Shown: one piece after another, positions 60,058 through 64,000 of the stretch
Layout: the number at the start of each line of letters is the position of its first letter
Numbering within the stretch: position 1 is the first letter of the stretch
Origin: Oopsacas minuta
Lineage: Eukaryota; Animalia; Porifera
DNA: 64,000 bases
NCBI GenBank assembly: GCA_024704765.1
Contig: JAKMXF010000199.1
Location: 248,001 to 312,000, forward strand
Direction: 5' to 3'
The notes under the pieces: model-generated
Told to the model about the DNA's origin: nothing
The model's input: the letters and a program-made list of their open reading frames with translations, nothing else
Databases searched by the model: none
Translations under genes and position numbers: made by a program

Positions 60058-62777
60058 CACTGCTCAACAAAAATTTTGTTGCATTTCTACCAACACTTGT
60101 TTTTACCTAATATTGGGGCGCTGAATCCGAATCCGACCTTAGTTTTTTTCCGCAAGCTCTAGATTTTTTGCAAATCGAGATTTTTAATTTTTTTGCACAA
60201 AATTCATATTTTTTGAAAAAGTGACATGATTTGTCAAATGATGTTCTGCTTACAGTTGAATAACTAGCCTCAAAACAAAAATAGGTGCCAAAAAACTTTT
60301 ATGTTGCCAATAGAAATTGTATTTGTAGACAGATGGGCAACAAATGTTTTAAAAAATGTAAAAAACAACAGTTTTGCTGGTAATATGCATGTAAAAATTG
60401 ATTTTTTTTTGCAAAATAACGTAGAAAAGAACGATGGCAATCTACAATAGTAACTTAAAGCGATCAATGACAAGATGCAAAAGATTCAAATATTCTACAA
60501 ATCTGGACAAAATTTCCTCTTATAACTTCTGCGTTTGTACGCTTTGTGAGGACAGTCACGTTTAATGCCCCAACAATAGTCTGCAATCATATATCGATCC
60601 CATCGACCTTGGTAACGTTCTTCCACTGTCATAAGATCCTGGTGGAAACGCTCTCCCTGTTCGTCACTGACAGCCCCAAGGTTTTCAGGGAATTTGTCCA
60701 GGTGGCTGTACAGAAAATGTACTTTTATGCTCATGTTGCATCCCAAATCACGAAACCCTGAGAGCATCTTGGATACAAGCATTTCATAGTTTGGAGCTTT
60801 TCTGTTACCAAGAAAGTTCTGTATAACATCCACAAAAGATAGTCATGCAGCTTTCTCCCTGACATTCATTTTCTGAATGAAGTTTTTGTCGCGAATAAGT
60901 GTACGTATCTGTGGTCCATCAAACACTCCTGCTTTGATTTTATCATATGACAAAGCAGGGAAAGTATACACAAGATGATGAAAGGATTCATTGTCAGGAT
61001 TTAGGGCTTTAACGAACTGTTTCATCAGACCTAGCTTGATGTGCAGGGGTGGAAAAACAATTTTGTCTCTGCTTACGATCGGGTCGTGTGTTACGTTAGG
61101 CATGCCAGCTTGAAATGTTTCACGTAAGGGCCACTCCTTCTGTATCCAATGTTTTTCACGTGCTCTGCTGTCCCACATGCACAGATAACATGGAAATTTA
61201 GTGTATCCTTTTTGCTGACCTAGCAGAAAACTAACCATTTTGAGGTCAACACAAATGATCCAGTTGTGATCATGATATCCGAGTAAATCCATAACAATTC
61301 TAATGTCATCATGCTGTTCCTTCAAGACAGTGGAGTGACCAACTGGAACAGCTCCATAAACATTTCCATTGTGTAAAAGAACACACTTGAGGCTGCGCTT
61401 GGAACTGTCCAAAAACAATCGCCATTCTCCTGGATCATATGAGGAGATACCCAGTTGTCCGAGAAGACCAGGAATATCGTTGCAATATACCAGCTTATTT
61501 TCTACTGAAAAATAAGGCAGAAGGAGTTCTTCTCTTTTTCGAAAAAGGAAACCTTTACAGATTGATCCAGCACCTGTTTTTCTTTGAGCCTGGAGGCTAA
61601 GAGCTCAGCTACTTGCTTGGGCAGATCTAAATCACGTACTAAGTCATTCAGTTCTGATTGATTAAACTGCTGGACAGTTACTCTGGTTTCACAAGAAGAA
61701 TCTTCAGATTCTGATTCTGTGTCTGTTTTTTGATATTCCATCTCTACGATCTCTTCCCTTTCCAATTTAATTTCTTCATCATTAGGAAAAGCAAAACCAC
61801 TAAAAACCGGAGGAGGAAGTCTATCAGAGTGCGGGACAGGTCGCATAGCTGATGGTATACTAGGATAAGAAAGCGTTTGTCGGCTCTTCTTGCCAACACC
61901 TTTTGTATTGACCATGCAAAAGTAGCAGTCAGTCGTGTGGTCTTGGGGTTCACGCCACACCATTGGAATGGCAAAAGGCAGACCCTTCCGCTTTCCTTTT
62001 GTCCAGTCTCGGAGCATTTCTTCGCAGTTATGGCACACAATATGAGGAGACCATTTCTTATCTTGATCACCAAGAGGGATACCAAAGTATGCTATGTAGG
62101 CACGCTTCACAAACGATGTTATATTTCGTCTTTGACGCGAAAGCGTATACACACCACAGATGTAACAAAATGAATCAGGGTTATTTTTGCATTTATGTCT
62201 ACTAGAAGAAGCCATGATCAAATCTGAAGAGTTAAGAATCGAAAGAAAGTCTGTTGATATCTATGTAACTTAACACAAACAAACTGAATAACAAAACCTT
62301 GGTTCTAATTAAGGCTACCAGCAGACGAGCGGAAAATACAGCTTAAATGCCTATTCTGCTGCATCTATCCACGATACTTCACTACAATCACTTAGGGTTG
62401 TTTGAATTAAATCATTTCAAAAAAATCAACATGATGATTTTTGATTTATTTAAATTTTGACACTTCGCTAATAGTGTCATGTTTTCAGAGAACAATAGAG
62501 TGGTGCTTTTGTTTTCAATAGATTGAAGCCATTACTAAATCATAGTAACAGCTACAATCTAAGAAAAATGGCTTGATAGATAAAAAGTATTTGGTGGAGA
62601 TCAGATTTATGTACTAAATAAGTACCACAAACGAAAAAATTTAAATTGTCGATTGCATGAAAACTAGAGCATGCAGAAAGAAACTGATTGCAGATTTGAA
62701 ATCAGCATCCCAAAATTATATAGAATCAATTGAAAAATCTCATGCAACAAAAAATGAGAAAAAATTGTTGAGCAGTG
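60058..62777 (-). mobile_element. Chapaev3-type (CMC superfamily) transposon, 2720 bp
   Basis: Termini CACTGCTCAACAA (13 bp perfect, further similarity after an indel); 3-bp TSD TAA. Confidence 0.88.
60495..62215 (-). pseudogene. Chapaev3 transposase with one frameshift (about 61540) and one nonsense codon (60843-45)
   Basis: Chapa Zn motifs CKNNPDSFCYICG..HIVCHNC..HTTDCYFC; FLDSSKRSLKCVLLHNGN; CVDLKMV; CYLCMWDSRA; LHIKLGLMKQFVKAL; SDEQGERFHQD. Confidence 0.88.
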
Positions 62778-62945
62778 TAATATGTTAATTGCGCTGAGAA
62801 AGAAAAAAATAAGATATTCCTTAAAATATCCTCAACCTAAATTTATCTTTCTAACTAAATAATCAATAGCTTGACCATGGATAGCCTATCATCAACTTTA
62901 TTACCAAATAATCTGTAAAAAGAGACATTCTCAATTATTTCATCA

Positions 62946-63032
62946 CTAGCGCACTTCGCTTCCTGGTCGCTCCTCGACAGCTAGGTTCTCAGGTTAGCTT
63001 AGGTATTGTCCAACGAAATTCTTGATGGTTTG
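62946..63032 (-). mobile_element. Helitron-like element, copy D (3'-terminal fragment)
   Basis: A|CTAGCGCACTTCGCTTCCTGGTCGCT..CAGGTTAGCTTA..TTCTTGATG matches the 3' end of copy C. Confidence 0.7.
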
Positions 63033-64000
63033 GCACAGTGGCACACCCCCTGGAAATTGGTCACAATTTCAACTCGATATTTAGTAACCATTAAATGTTC
63101 CACGGAAAAATAAATATCCAATTACTTGAAATATCTAAAAATTGTAATAATTCATCATTTAGTTTAGCAACAATTGGAATATATATAAGCATTGATAATT
63201 TCTTGCTCAGAAATTATTCTTGAACACTGCAGATATTCATTTATATCAATGAACTGAAATTCCAGCATCTAAGCAACTAAGAAATTCCAGTCTTCATTCG
63301 ATTGCATTTTAGACTACTTTCTTATTACTGTGAGTATATAAGCTGAGTTCTAATTATAAATACTAAAAATAGACAAAATATTTTGATAAATTTTCTGTTA
63401 AAAATTACAGTTGTCATTCAACTTCGAAGTCTCAAAACTTCATCTGTCGCGTTCTGTCAAGTTATCTCCTAAGTTTTATAATATACTATTTCAAATTTTC
63501 TATAAAATGGAGCAATTTCCAAGTTCCCAAAATTCGCGCCAGTAGAGTTTCAAATACTTGAACTTGTGAATTTACTTAATATATTTAAGAATTCTTTTTT
63601 TCAAAATTTTTATATTATGGTTGCTTAGTGATATAATGAAAACGTACAGTATCTTATAATATATGGTTGTGTTTACAAATTCAGCTCGTAATTAATATAC
63701 ATAAATATTCTCACAACGTTTTGACAAAGATTCCATTAAAAAATAAACAATCCATGTGGAGTAGGGATTTCTTATACCAGACTAATCACACATATAGTTG
63801 AACGAATTGTATCTAACTTAAGTCCTGACAACCTTGTCTATCCTCTTAAAGTTCGGGTATCCGATCGTTTATTTGGATCTGGGTAACATCCAGTTTACCA
63901 GCAAGCTATTACTAACCCTGACCTCTCGACTAAAGTCTTTATTTATTTTATTTCAAGGTTAAGGCAATCATAAATGCAACTGATAATATCCTATGGAACC

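Noticed and set aside
1-64000. rRNA, tRNA or snRNA genes
   Set aside because: No conserved rRNA blocks or cloverleaf with A/B boxes were noticed by eye; tRNAscan-SE and Infernal would be needed to exclude them fully.

Overview
Eukaryotic, AT-rich (roughly one-third GC by eye) animal genomic DNA. Three host genes are recognisable: the first coding exon of the AP-3 beta subunit (minus strand, continuing beyond the left edge), an intronless N-myristoyltransferase, and a compact two-exon MDC1-like gene (FHA + tandem BRCT, 503 aa). Much of the remainder is a dense, partly nested set of DNA transposons. These are: an intact pogo (DD35D) element whose transposase carries an N-terminal C2H2 finger and a C-terminal Tudor-like domain; a 5.8 kb Ginger element (TGT termini, GACC TSD) whose six-intron integrase gene ends in a USP-fold cysteine-protease domain; two Transib/RAG1-core-like relics, one split by three other insertions; five Tc1/mariner types (DD37D, DD41D, DD37E, ~DD34E, mariner); two P/THAP elements; Merlin, MULE and Chapaev3 elements; several hAT relics and MITEs; an unclassified 3 kb foldback element; and four copies of a non-autonomous Helitron-like family. 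I found no rRNA, tRNA, CRISPR array or reverse-transcriptase-coding element. Intron-poor housekeeping genes plus this transposon spectrum would fit a compact early-branching marine invertebrate genome such as a glass sponge, but that is inference only. The most interesting candidates are the Ginger integrase-deubiquitinase-like fusion and the Tudor-bearing pogo transposase. All calls were made by manual motif reading, with no database searches.
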